From the NCBI GenBank assembly GCA_037447605.1, contig CM074821.1, forward strand, positions 1,116,001-1,180,000: a stretch of DNA of 64,000 nucleotides, written 5' to 3'. Shown in pieces: positions 51,402 to 63,293 of the stretch. The notes below the pieces were generated by a model. The model searched no databases, was not told where the DNA came from, and saw only the letters and a list, made by a program, of their open reading frames with translations. This DNA is from Zygnema circumcarinatum SAG 698-1b (lineage: Eukaryota > Plantae > Zygnematophyceae). The translations under genes were made by a program, and so were the position numbers. Positions within the stretch are counted from its first letter, which is position 1, and every line of letters begins with the position of its first letter.

Positions 51402-52993
51402 GCTAAATCGGCTCGGCTGGTGTTCGACGGAATAAGGACCCCCATATCCTCGACGAGAAACATCGGTATGTGAGGATCTTCAACGTAAGGCTCAATGGGA
51501 GTGCCAGGATCATGAGGGTATGCTGGGGAAAGGGAAGGGGCTTGGTCGCGCCGGGCTATAGCCGAGGTCACACTCACGTGGGCTGCCCGCCTTGAGCAGG
51601 ATGCCGGAGAAAGACGGCTTGTTCCTAGAAGATGTAAATAGGGATCATTACAACCGCTGGATTCTCGCGGTTCTTCGTGAACCGCTTTCGGTAGAGTCGC
51701 ATCTTGTCGCGGATCTCAGAAAGCATTCATGTAATGTGTGGTCGTGACATGTCGGTTGCCTCTTGATCCTTCCGGTTCGCCCCGCTCTTTCTAACAATGC
51801 CTGGGCACTGGCCGGGTGGGGTTGTTGCGCAGCTCACTCTATCCGTGGAGATCCTTCGCCGATGGCCTTGCGAACCACCGAGAACTTCGAAAGTCGCAAG
51901 TTCTCGACGGGAGCTCGCTTACGCGCATCAAACGCCGCTGAATTCGGAATACCGCCATCAATGAAGCACTCTTATGTACGAAGTCGGTCTAGCACGCTGA
52001 TTGGATCTGAAATCCAGCCGCTGGTCCGAAGCTTGCTTGAATGTCCCTTTTGTCGCTGTCGACGCATTAATCCGCTTTGTGCCGCCGACAAATTTCCAGT
52101 TGGACCGCTCTCCTTCCGCCGGGTCTACAGCCTTTGATCCACTGCCCTCTGCCCGCTATGGCCGCTTCTCCTCAAGATGTCTCGCCAGGCTTCTCGCGAT
52201 CTTCCCTCGCTGTCGTGGTGAAACCCCAGTGATGATGGCCCGCGGTAATTCCTCACCTCACTCTTTCGTGAATCATGGCTAATGGGCTTTGTCATCATCT
52301 CTTCCATCTTTACCGGAAACTCGTGATCCCATTAATGCGGTGTTTCTCCGCAGTTGGTGCAAAAAGCCGGATGGTCTCTGGCGATCGCCCCGGCCTCGCT
52401 CGGCCGCCGCTTAGGGGCCGCCGGATGGGTAAGTTGTGAACGCCGGAGGTGAGGGAGTGTCTTCCGAGGAATCCTCGCTCGCCGGTGAAGATCGCGTCGG
52501 GCCGGCCGTGTTTTGAAGGGACTTCGTGCAAGAGGTTATCGACCGAGATCCCGCGGGTTCCCCGCCTCGTGGCCGCTGGGACCTCGTGCCCGAACGGCAC
52601 TCCTCTTCACGCATTCCCGCGTCGCGGATGCTGACCGGCAGGTTGCAAGCCATCATCCGGGCGCGTATTGGCTGCTGTACCGGTTTATGGCCATCAATGG
52701 CTTAGATGGAGTCGTCAGTAGCTCTTCAATCGACTCGACCGCTTCAAGGTAAGTGCATCGATAAGGGTTCCCTTCTCGTGATGCCCATCTTCGCCTTCTC
52801 GACCGGGGCTTCCTTCGAAATCAATCCGGCCCCTTGGATTCGACACTGCTCTTGAGGTCCCAAGTCTTCATCTGAATACTCATGAAGATCTGCTTGTCCC
52901 TCTTGTTGCAGCTCTTCATCCATGGCGGTTGTGACACGGGTCACAGGATCGGCAGCCTCACGTATCAAGGTACGTGGATCTGCAAAACCTTCA

Positions 52994-53005
52994 GCTCTGA
53001 TACCA
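52994..53005 (-). other. Primer-binding site complementary to the 3' end of initiator tRNA-Met
   Basis: The minus strand reads TGGTATCAGAGC, the canonical plant iMet PBS, directly next to the 5' LTR. Confidence 0.93.
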
Positions 53006-54005
53006 AGATAAGTGGGGTTAAAAGGAGATTGTCGAAGCTAGTTGCGGTGTCGTGACGCTACCGGGCGCTGGCCCCACAAGGCTCTAAACCCATGAAGGGT
53101 TGGGTTGGTGCTGCGGGTCTGCCCTCGGCAAAGATAGAGCCGTGGATCCGGGATCTGCAGGTACGCCGCGAAGCGAAGACGATCCCCGGCGATGTTCCCA
53201 CCGGGCGGCCGATCTCCTCGATGCGAAAGGCCTTCCTCGGCTTCTCCTTCTCCCTCAGCCTCCCCGGCTACCTCTTGGGGCTAGGCTTCTAGTTAACATC
53301 GTCATTAGAGGAATGTAAGGCAAGATAGCACAAGATGGTAGCTTCGGCATAGTGACGAAGGGGAAAAACAGACTCAACTTAGATAAAGGTGGTATTTTTG
53401 GGAAATCTCACCCCGTTGGCTGGGGATCAAGTCATTACAATGAAAGCGTCTTCTCACTTGAGATCTTTGTCTGGCTGGGCTGAATGGGATGTCTAAATGC
53501 TATCAGCAAGAAGACTCTTTCTTTCTCTCTCTCTCTCTATGCCATGGAACTCTCTCTCTCTCTCTCACTTAGCATCTGTTGCTGTAACTGAAGAGGAAGA
53601 AAAGAAGAAGAACAAGACAACAAACCACACAGCAAATACAAATACTAAGCCCAGCACTAAAAGACAAACTTGCATCACTGACATCCCATCTACTTATCAC
53701 TGACAGTAGATCCTGAGTCTTAGTAGGGACAGTCTCTGATTGGCCAACTGCCCACTGAGAGGCCTGACTGACTACGTGGAGACTTCTGATAGGTCAACAA
53801 ACGACAATCGGCGGCATTATGCGGCGCTTCCGAGTGCGCCTTGCTGGATGGTGTGCTGTTCCGTGGGCCGCCAACACATGGCGCCGCCTTTGCGCATTCT
53901 CCGTCGGCAACTCCTGGATTATGCCGGTCCGTGACACTGAATATGAATATGTCAAGTACAACTGAACGGACGCGGATCCGTCGAGCGCAGCTCCGTTACG
54001 CTACA
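53004..54005 (-). repeat. 5' LTR (~1000 bp)
   Basis: 53439-54005 matches 47289-47855 with one mismatch seen. 53004-53438 is homologous but clearly diverged from 46854-47288. Confidence 0.9.
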
Positions 54006-55020
54006 CCGTGACGGCTAGTACAGCTAGTACGGGAAGTACGGTTAGTACGGTTAGTACGAATAGTACGGCTAACACTAGTTACCGTACAAAAAGGTGGTTT
54101 CGGCAAAATCGGGGCGAATTTCTTGGGGACGCACTTTTGATTGTGGAAAATATGACGGGGTCCTACTGTACACCGATATTTGCACGCCCGTACGTTCACT
54201 TCCAATCATCTTGTGCCACGCCAGCACAGCTTTTTGCTGCTCGTGCTCGAGGAGGTTACACGCGCCCTAGGGGAATATTTCTTTACTCCACGTGGCAGCA
54301 CATCATTGGAGATGTGCGTGACGTGGCTGCTGTTATCCGTTAAATTTCGTTCATCTTTGCGAAGAAAAAAAACCCACAATGCGATTCGACATTCGGCACA
54401 TGGAACGGCGCAGGGCAACGGAACAGGATCCCACACGTGACAGGGTCTGGATCCGACGAATGGCAGGCGGCCGCGTGGCCCTGGCCGGCGGCTGCGTGGA
54501 GGGCTCCCAGAAGGGGGAGGGCGGAGGGCCCCCCTGGCGGCTTTCGGGGCCACGTGCAGGGGGAGGGAAAGGGAGGGAGTGGGAGAGAGGGTAGGGAGGC
54601 GGAGAGGGAGAGGGAGAGGCGTAGGACAGGGAGTGGGAGGAAGAAAGCGAGGAGGACGAGGGGTACAGAGGAGAAGGAGAGGGAGAGGGGGAGAGGGGGA
54701 GAGAGGGGGGGATAGGAAAGAGGTCGGAGAAGAGGGAGGGAGGTGGGGTTGGACGGAGAGGAAGAAAAAGGGGAGGGGGAGGGAGAGTGAGAGGGAGAGG
54801 GAAAGGGAGGGGAGGAAATGGTCTAAGCGAAGAAAGAGTTGAGTCTGGTGTAGGGAGTCAGAGGGGGCTTTGGGAGAGGTAGTGGAGAGGGTGAGTGGGA
54901 GGGGGGAGTTGGGAGGTGGGGGGGGGACGAGAGTAGGAGAAAAGGAGGGTGAGTGGAGGAGCGGGTGTTTCATGTAGGGAAAGAGCTCAATTGGGAACCG
55001 AGGTGCAAGTAGGGGGAGGT

Positions 55021-58000
55021 ATGGCGACCGCGGCGAGGTTCGCAGGAACGCTCAGCTGTGGCGGGGTTCAGGAGGCGGCTCTGAGGGGTTCAGAGGACGT
55101 GCAGAGGCTGTGCCAAAGTCGGAGAACTGCACACGTGTGTTGTAGTTCTATGGACTTGGAAATAATGGCTGGAAGCACTTCGTTGACAGGGTTGCAGTTA
55201 AAGCATGTGAAGGGAGGGAAGGGAGGGAAGGGAGGGAGCTGGAGACCTTCAAATGCGTCCGGGTGTGAGGCTTTGCTTCCGCAGTTTACACCGAGAAGGA
55301 GGCGCTTAATTCCGCGAGATGCGTTTTGTTCTGGAAGAAGGGAAAGTTCAAGCATGCGGACTATCTACAGATGTCATAATTCCCCTCATTCGGAAGTAGA
55401 GGCAAAAAATGAGGAGCTGGAGTATGATGCTCAGAAGCTCCGAGCTGTGCAGGAGTTATTGGTCAAGCAGGCAATGATTGCTGCAGAGAGGAGGGAGGGA
55501 GAAGGGGCTCAGCTGAGGGAGGGAGGAGAATGGAAGCAGGAGGAAAGCGCCATGGTGGTGGAAGAAAGTGCAGCGACAAGTTGGTGGTCTCGCCTATTTA
55601 ATAGTGTCTCTCCAAGAGTCCGGGGCTTGGTTCTAATGAACCTTTTGACTCTGCTCTATGGTACCTATCTCTGCCTGCACCGATTCTTTCACCTTTTCTG
55701 CCAAGAGTTTAATTTGCTTGCTCAACTGCTAGCAAAAAGGGCGATATTTTCCGTGGCTTCAGTCCTGTCGTCCTTCACAAGGAGCATGTATATTGGATTG
55801 CAAAATTTCGAAACAATTAGAGCGAGTGCAGTGGCGCTCCCTTATGCATGCCCACCCTGTGTTATTGACTTTATTGAGCGATGCCTTTTCCCACCAGGTA
55901 GCAATATTACTGTAATTAAAGAAGCCGAGGAGCGGCTCGACCCCGCGCTTTTCTCGACGGGTCGCTTTGCGATTGCACTTGTCGTTTTTCTCCCATTCAT
56001 TAAGGACGCATTTAGCAAGAGCATGGTTACAAGGGCAGGGTTGGAGCTTGGATTGTGGGGGGCCCTCGGCTACCTCGCTCAAGCCTATGGTGTAGTCACC
56101 ACGGATGCCGGGAGAGCAGCCTTCATATCATCTTTCACGGTATGATAATGTGATGCAAATTTCAATCATGACAACTTCAAAAGGACAGCCAGTGGGGGAG
56201 AGTGGGAGGGAGAGTAGAGGGAGGGAAGGAAAGCTGAGGGTATAAGTTGCAGCCGCTATTACACGGAGAATTTGTACCTCATTGTACTTCATCGTCATCG
56301 GGGACACTTGTCAGTTTATGTTGTATAGCTCGGGAGGGACATGGGGGTATGTTTGATGTTACTAACTGTTTGAGATTGTGTCATAGTGATGTTGAACTGT
56401 GGCTTCTGTGGGTAGATCGCATGTGCAGGTGATAGAGGTCCCCATAATAGCGGGCTTGTTTGGAGCGAAGATTCCAAAAGTAACATGGGCAGCGGCTGCT
56501 GCAGCCATTTGTGGCGTTAGCCTGCTGGAGACTACCAATGGGCATTCCTCTCTGGTGGGTCCATCTTTGCAATCACTTTCACCCAATTCGCCTTTTTTTG
56601 CGCCATGTATCCGTGAATTACTCACCCGTCTAGTATTGAGATTGCTGATCGTGGTAATGTGTGGTTTCTGGTCGTTTCTGTTCATTCTGTTGAGAATTTT
56701 GCAAGCCTTAGGCAGTCCCTTTCGCTGACAGTATGACTGTGCCTATGCGAGATTGGCTGTTGCAGGAGGGTGATTTTTGGACTTTCACAAGTGCTTTCTT
56801 TTTCGGTATTCACATGTTGCGGTCGGAGCATCATTCAAAGCATTTGCCTCGCGATGGAGCTCTGCCGCTAATAGGACTTCAGGTTTGCTCCACCTCCCTC
56901 TCTATGGGTACGTCAATTAAGGACGAATGTTGGAGAAGAGAAGTATTTCAGAAGAAATGCAGATGTGGGTTGGTGGATTTGGAAGTTAGGGTGGGAGGGG
57001 TACTCTGTTGAACCTCGTTGAATAAGTTCAAAAGGAAAAAAGGAAACCCGTAGCTTATTTCATCAGCTCTGGTAGGAAATCATGTCATCTAGTCGCCAGT
57101 TATACTCCACAGGCCCTTTAATTTCATTCCAGGTCTGGTAATGTATTAGGCACCTTTAGACAGAAGGAACAGGCTCTAAATAGTGCAAGAGAGCGACATG
57201 GCCTAATTTTACTTTGGAAGATGCTGGTGCAGCTTTTGGTGATCACAAGTATATACGTTGTTTGGACTTTGGTTACTAAGGCACAGTCAGGAGACCTCTC
57301 TGCTTTAAGCTCTCTCTTTAGTGAAGATTGGTCCTCAACATGGTCTGTAATCAGCTCAGCTCCATGGCTGGCTATGATCTACACCGGCCTCCTTTCTACA
57401 GCACTCTGCTTGTGGATCGAGGTGAGCCATTTCCTTACCAGTTTTAGAGTTTTCACAGTTTATAAAGGGTGGCTGAAAGGTTGAAGTTGATGGTGAAGTA
57501 AGAAAGACGAAGGCTTTATTCGACTGTGTGCTAGTCAAAAGGCTCATGAATCTGAGAACTTCCAGCCATGAATAGATCCCCTTTACGAAAGCATCTCTTT
57601 CAAAAATCGTCAAAATGTGACTTCCAATTGTTTATGAAAGCGAGTGCAGACTGTTGCGAGGTTTGAACTTCTCCTTCCTTATGCGTTCTTTGGATGAATG
57701 CAGGTGGTTTCTCTAAGGGATGTTTCTGCCACGGAGGCGGCCATGGTTTACACCATAGAACCGGTGTACGGAGCTGGTTTTGCATGGGTGCTTCTCGGAG
57801 AGCGGTGGGGAGTGAAGGGTTGGATTGGGGCTGCCCTAATTCTAGGTCAGTTTCTTTGGCACATCTTGCTGATTCCCACTTGCTCATAGAAGGAAGGGAG
57901 AGGGAGAAAGGGAGCAAGAGGGAGAAGGAGAGAGTGGGGAGGGGGGGNNNNNNNNNNGTGGAGGGGAAGGGAGAGGCCGTGAGGGAGAGATGGGGCAGGA

Positions 58001-58744
58001 GGTATGGGGGCGAGAGCAATTGTAGGAGACGGTGAGAGGGAGATGGAGGGAGAGAGGGATCGGAGGGGGTGAGAGGAAGTACGCGGAAAACCGGGAAGGG
58101 GCAGGGGGAGGGAATGGTAAAGAGCGGGTGAGACTGAGAGGGAGATTAAGACGGGGCGGGTGAGACGTAGAGGAATATGGAGGGCAGAACAGTAGAGAAA
58201 GACGGAGTAAGCGTGAGAGAGAGAGAGAAAGAGCGAGCGAGCAAGAGAGAGAGAGAGAGAGAGAGAGAGAAAGTGAGATGAGAGAGAGAGAGAGAGAGAA
58301 AAGCGCGCTCTGAGAGTGTGTGTCTGCGGGTTGGCAGGGGGGAGTCTTGCCATGCAGCTGCTGGGTCGGGAGACGGAGGCTTCCTCCTCCTCCTCCTCCC
58401 TCTCCTCCTCCCCCTCCTCCTCCTCCCTCTCCTCCCCCTCCTCCTCCCCCTCCTCCTCCCTCTCCCCCTCCTCCTCCTCCTCCTCCCTCTCCCTCTCCTC
58501 CTCCTCCTCGAAGCCCTCCCCGAAGGCGAAGGCCGCTGCCGCATTGGCTGCGGCCGTTGTTGCGACGGCGGTGGCGGCGGCCCCTCGAGGAGGGCCCTCC
58601 GCGGAGGCGGCGGAGCAGGCCGCGCAGACGGCCTTCCTCGCGGACAGCATCGACATAGAGACGGTGGCGGCGCTGCTCAGGATATACGCGCTCACGAATG
58701 TGGAGGAGGTGGAGGAGGCGGGGGAGCAGCAGGCGGAGGGGTAG
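55021..58744 (+). CDS. EamA/DMT transporter (paralog B), 7 exons, ~620 aa, with a long N-terminal extension (possible plastid transit peptide)
   Basis: Exons: 55021-55660, 55898-56139, 56429-56554, 56766-56882, 57233-57421, 57704-57845, 58338-58744. Motifs RVRGLVLMNLLTLLYG, GRFAIA, VTTDAGRAAFISSFT, RDVSATEAAMVYTIEPVYG, LLGERWG and GGSLAMQ. Confidence 0.9.
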
Positions 58745-58801
58745 GGTGGGAGAGAGAGAGAGAGAGGGGGGGGGAGAGAGAGGGGGGGGGGNNNNNNNNN
58801 N

Positions 58802-61070
58802 AGAGAGAGGGGGTGGGGGGAGGGGATGGGGGAGGGGGGGCAACAGGCGGAGGGCAGGGAGAGAGGGAAGGAGAGAGAGAGGGGGGGAGGGGAGGAGTCG
58901 GGGGAGCAGCAGGCGGAGGGGTAGGGAGGGAGGGGAGGGAGAGAGAGGGAGAGAGAGGGGGCGGGGGGGAGGAGGGGGGGGGGAAGGGGAGGAGGGGGAA
59001 GGGGAGGAGGGGGAAGGGGAGGGGCCCAAGATGGGGTTGGGTTGGGTGGAATTGTAAAAATTTTGGCTTATCTTTTATTGGGGTGGCATTGGTTTGATGC
59101 AATTGTAGCGGGGGGCAGTATGGGGAAAGGGATTGGAGGATCTTGCAATGGGTTTGGATGTAGTGAGGAAGATGTGTACAGAGAGAGAGGAGGTGCTCAA
59201 GCATCGCGGCTTTGTTCTTTTTTGTTCCTAGTCTTTCTCTATATCTTGATAACTTTTTTACAAATGAGAAACTTGACCTTTAAGATAGAATCTCGATCTC
59301 CTTTTCTGTTTTGAATGCCCAATTTGCTTTTGGAGGGATGGTAGCTTTTCTTGTCCACCCTTTGTCCATGTGTACGCTTGGACACCTCACATGCGGACTC
59401 GGTTATATATTAGGGAATTTTTTGTGAAACGCTATTTAAGAAACGGAACAAATAACGCAGAACGTTCTTTTCACACCCCAAATTTAAACTTCCAAAACTC
59501 CAAGACTCCAAAGGCCATCTGCCGAAGTTCTCATTCTTTCCCTCCAATTCCTTCACTGTAGAACATGCGAGATGAAGTTCGGCTCCCCTCCCAACCTCCG
59601 CACAGAACCTCTCCCTCCCTCCCTCCCTTTCTGTGGCGACCGCCGCCTTCCCAATCCGACGTGCCCCTCCTCCAATTCCTTCTCGCACGTGCCAGCCAAC
59701 CCAATTGCCATCTGCCACGTGTCCAAAAGTCCTCAAGGACACTACTCCTCCCCTCCCCCACTCTGCCTCTCTTTCTGCCTCCCTCCCCTCTCGCTCTCCC
59801 TCCTCCCTCTCTGCTCCCTCCCCTTCTCCCTCCCTCCCCCCCCCTCCCTCATTCCTCTCCCTCTCCCTCTCCCTCTCCTTCTCCCTCCCTCCCTCCCCCT
59901 CCCTCTTTTCTCTCCCTCTCCCTCTCCCTCTCNNNNNNNNNNAGAGAGAGGGGGTGGGGGGAGGGGATGGGGGAGGGGGGGCAACAGGCGGAGGGCAGGG
60001 AGAGAGGGAAGGAGAGAGAGAGGGGGGGAGGGGAGGAGTCGGGGGAGCAGCAGGCGGAGGGGTAGGGAGGGAGGGGAGGGAGAGAGAGGGAGAGAGAGGG
60101 GGCGGGGGGGAGGAGGGGGGGGGGAAGGGGAGGAGGGGGAAGGGGAGGAGGGGGAAGGGGAGGGGCCCAAGATGGGGTTGGGTTGGGTGGAATTGTAAAA
60201 ATTTTGGCTTATCTTTTATTGGGGTGGCATTGGTTTGATGCAATTGTAGCGGGGGGCAGTATGGGGAAAGGGATTGGAGGATCTTGCAATGGGTTTGGAT
60301 GTAGTGAGGAAGATGTGTACAGAGAGAGAGGAGGTGCTCAAGCATCGCGGCTTTGTTCTTTTTTGTTCCTAGTCTTTCTCTATATCTTGATAACTTTTTT
60401 ACAAATGAGAAACTTGACCTTTAAGATAGAATCTCGATCTCCTTTTCTGTTTTGAATGCCCAATTTGCTTTTGGAGGGATGGTAGCTTTTCTTGTCCACC
60501 CTTTGTCCATGTGTACGCTTGGACACCTCACATGCGGACTCGGTTATATATTAGGGAATTTTTTGTGAAACGCTATTTAAGAAACGGAACAAATAACGCA
60601 GAACGTTCTTTTCACACCCCAAATTTAAACTTCCAAAACTCCAAGACTCCAAAGGCCATCTGCCGAAGTTCTCATTCTTTCCCTCCAATTCCTTCACTGT
60701 AGAACATGCGAGATGAAGTTCGGCTCCCCTCCCAACCTCCGCACAGAACCTCTCCCTCCCTCCCTCCCTTTCTGTGGCGACCGCCGCCTTCCCAATCCGA
60801 CGTGCCCCTCCTCCAATTCCTTCTCGCACGTGCCAGCCAACCCAATTGCCATCTGCCACGTGTCCAAAAGTCCTCAAGGACACTACTCCTCCCCTCCCCC
60901 ACTCTGCCTCTCTTTCTGCCTCCCTCCCCTCTCGCTCTCCCTCCTCCCTCTCTGCTCCCTCCCCTTCTCCCTCCCTCCCCCCCCCTCCCTCATTCCTCTC
61001 CCTCTCCCTCTCCCTCTCCTTCTCCCTCCCTCCCTCCCCCTCCCTCTTTTCTCTCCCTCTCCCTCTCCTC
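58802..61070. repeat. 1141-bp tandem duplication (58802-59932 / 59943-~61070) across N gaps, with GA-rich and CT-rich tracts
   Basis: Identical ORF translations at offset 1141; N10 at 58792-58801 and 59933-59942. Confidence 0.85.
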
Positions 61071-61768
61071 TCCTCTCCCTCTCCCTCTCCCTCCTGCCTC
61101 CTCCTCTCCCTCTCCCTCTCCCTCTCTCACTACACTCCCCTCTCCTCTCTCCCTCTCCCTGTCCTCTCTCACTCTCCCTCTCCACTCTCCCTCACCTCTC
61201 CCTCTGCACTCCCCTCTCCCTCTCCCTCTCCCTCTCCCTCTCCTCTCCCTCTCCTCTCCTCCTCTCCCTCTCCTCTCCCTCTCCCTCTCCCTCTCCCTCT
61301 CCCTCTCCCTCTCCCTCTCCCTCTCCCTCTCCCTCCTCCCTTCTCCCTTTCCTCTCCCTGTCCCCTCTCCCTCCCTTTCTTTCTTTCCTCTCCTTTCCTT
61401 TCTTTCTTTCTTCCTTCCTTCTTTCTCTCCCTTCTCCCTCTTTCCTCTCCCTCTCCCTCTCCCTCCCTCCCTCCCTCCCTCTCCTGTCCCTTCCTCCCTC
61501 TCCCTCTCCCTCTCTCCCTTTCCTCCCTTTCTCTCCCTTTCTTCTTTCCTTTCTTTTCCTCCTTTCCCTTTCTTTCTTTCCTTCTTTTTCCTTTCTTTTC
61601 CCTCTCCCTTTCTTTCTTTCTTTTTCCTTTCTTTCCTTCCTCTCCCTCCCTTTCCTTCCTCCCTCCTCCTCTCCCTCTCCCTTCCTTCTTTCCTTTCCTT
61701 CCTTCCTCCCTCTCCTCCCTTTCCTTCTTTCTTTTCTTTCCTTCCTTCTTTCTTTTCTTTCTCTCCAG
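60890..61768. repeat. CT-rich low-complexity tract ending in a splice acceptor (probable 5' UTR intron of the bestrophin gene)
   Basis: Nearly pure pyrimidine on +, ending CTCTCCAG at 61768. Confidence 0.8.
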
Positions 61769-61775
61769 ATGTGTC

Positions 61776-63293
61776 ATGATTGTTACCTACAAGCGGTTCG
61801 GCGGGTTCAACCTGCTCCAGCGCGTGTACGGCTCCTCGTGGCCGCGCGCCGCCATCCTCGCTCTGCCCTCCGCCGCCATCGCGGGGCTGCTCCGCGGCCT
61901 CGCGAAGGCCTACATTTCGACCTTCTTCCTGCACCCCTACCCGTGTGAGGAGGCGCACGCTAGGCCTACTTTTCCTCCGTTATTTTCTTACTTTCTTTCC
62001 AGCAACAGTACAACCATTTTAATAAACTAGAAATTATACTTTGAGTGAAAAAATGCGCATGCAACTAAAGGCGCATGGGGGTAGGGGTGGGGGTGGGAGT
62101 AGGGGAGAGGGCAGCTATTGGGGTTGAAGGAGGCGAAAGGAATCGTCTTTTGTTTCTGGTTGTTTGGTTTTTATTTTATTTTTATTTTTTCCGGGACATG
62201 GAACCAGTGTCCAGCCTGTTTGCTTTCGGCCCAAGAGTGTGAACGATACTTCAAAACTGTGACTAGGATATAGCAGGAACTTAAAGCCCCCAATTGGTCC
62301 AAAGCACAGCCAACAATGTGTGAACTGAATGGTGTTTAAAACTTTTATGGCAATATGAGTTTTGTAACTCGCTACTGTATTGAATTTTGGAGTTTTGACC
62401 TTCTGGGTTACCTCAAAACTCATAAACTCCTCTCCCCCTTCCCTCCCCTCCCCCTCTCTCTTCTTTGGAAGCAGACTCCCTCTTTGCTACTCTCCTCGGG
62501 CTGCTTCTCATTTTTCGCATGAACCTCAGCTATTCGGTCTGACCCCTGCCCTTCTCTTTCACAAACTCTAGACCCTCTTGCTGCTCCCTCTTTTTGCTGC
62601 AATCGGAATGTCTTTATCGTAAATCTTTACTCGTACTTTTTGTAAGACCGACGAGTTCTGCATGTGAGGGAGCAGCGGTACTGGGAGGGACGCACTATGG
62701 TAGCTCAGCTGAGGTGGGTCAGACCAGATACCTCCCTAACGCGCTAACTCGCATCTTCTATTCTTCAATTCTATTATGAATCAAAGGGCTCACAGCGAGG
62801 TTTGAACCTTAGTCTTAACATGGCTGTGATGGCTCCGAGGAGACAGGGAAAGATACGTCCTTTTTAATCTCACTATCTCTGTTTGTTTGTTTGTTTGTTT
62901 TTTTTGCTCATGGAACTGCTGAGGTTAACAGCACGAAGTGGGCAGATGCCGCCATTCAGGTAACGACCTCTCTCATCTTTTTGCCTGCATTGCAGAGGGA
63001 GAAACGCAGAGGCTTACCGGGTATACTTGTGGAGGAAAGACGAGCGTAGATTTTAAGGGTCTTCACGTTTACGAGTTATAGATTTTGGGGACTTTTCAAA
63101 TTCGACTATGTCATGTGTTGGTGTTTCGTACAGTCGCATTTTGGAATTTTTCGAGATGAAAGAGAAGAGTATGTGGAAAGTGCAGGTGCTGTCATTCGAT
63201 GAGGCTGCAAAGGAGCCGGCGATTCCCGGAGGGACGCAATTTCGTGCGGAGTTTGTTCACACGATGAGTCTCATGCATGCACTCGCTATGCAG
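61776..63293 (+). CDS. Bestrophin-family (UPF0187-like) anion channel, 5' part; exons 61776-61944, 62475-62536, 62676-62713, 62932-62959, 63186-63293; continues downstream
   Basis: Spliced product: MIVTYKRFGGFNLLQRVYGSSWPRA...HPYPYSLFATLLGLLLIFRMNLSYSRYWEGRTMVAQLSTKWADAAIQVLSFDE...HTMSLMHALAMQ. LxFRxN-x-SYxRYWEGR is the bestrophin signature; all introns are GT-AG and in phase. Confidence 0.85.

Larger units (their letters stand above)
46847..54005 (-). mobile_element. Ty3/gypsy LTR retrotransposon, degenerate and partly in assembly gaps
   Basis: Termini TGTAGC...GCTACA with 4-bp TSD CCGT (46843-46846, 54006-54009). ~1-kb LTRs, a tRNA-iMet PBS, a CCHC knuckle, an RNase H-end motif and a GPF motif, all on the minus strand. 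Confidence 0.92.
46422..54168. mobile_element. Non-autonomous Tc1/mariner (pogo-like) element, ~580 bp when empty, split by the LTR retrotransposon
   Basis: Perfect 25-bp TIRs: CAGTAGGACCCCGTCATATTTTCCA (46422-46446) and its reverse complement (54144-54168), flanked by TA at 46420-46421 and 54169-54170. Internal GTACGG-type short repeats on both sides of the insertion. Confidence 0.9.

Noticed and set aside
57847-62030. Numerous Pro/Ser/Leu- or Gly/Arg/Glu-rich ORFs (also 32622-33504 and 54206-54973)
   Set aside because: Low-complexity CT/GA DNA, often crossing N gaps. Only the spliced EamA-B and bestrophin exons are supported.
62770-62830. tRNA or SINE-like T-loop (GGTTCAAACC on the minus strand)
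   Set aside because: The stem is only 3 bp, with no cloverleaf or A box; it lies in a bestrophin intron.
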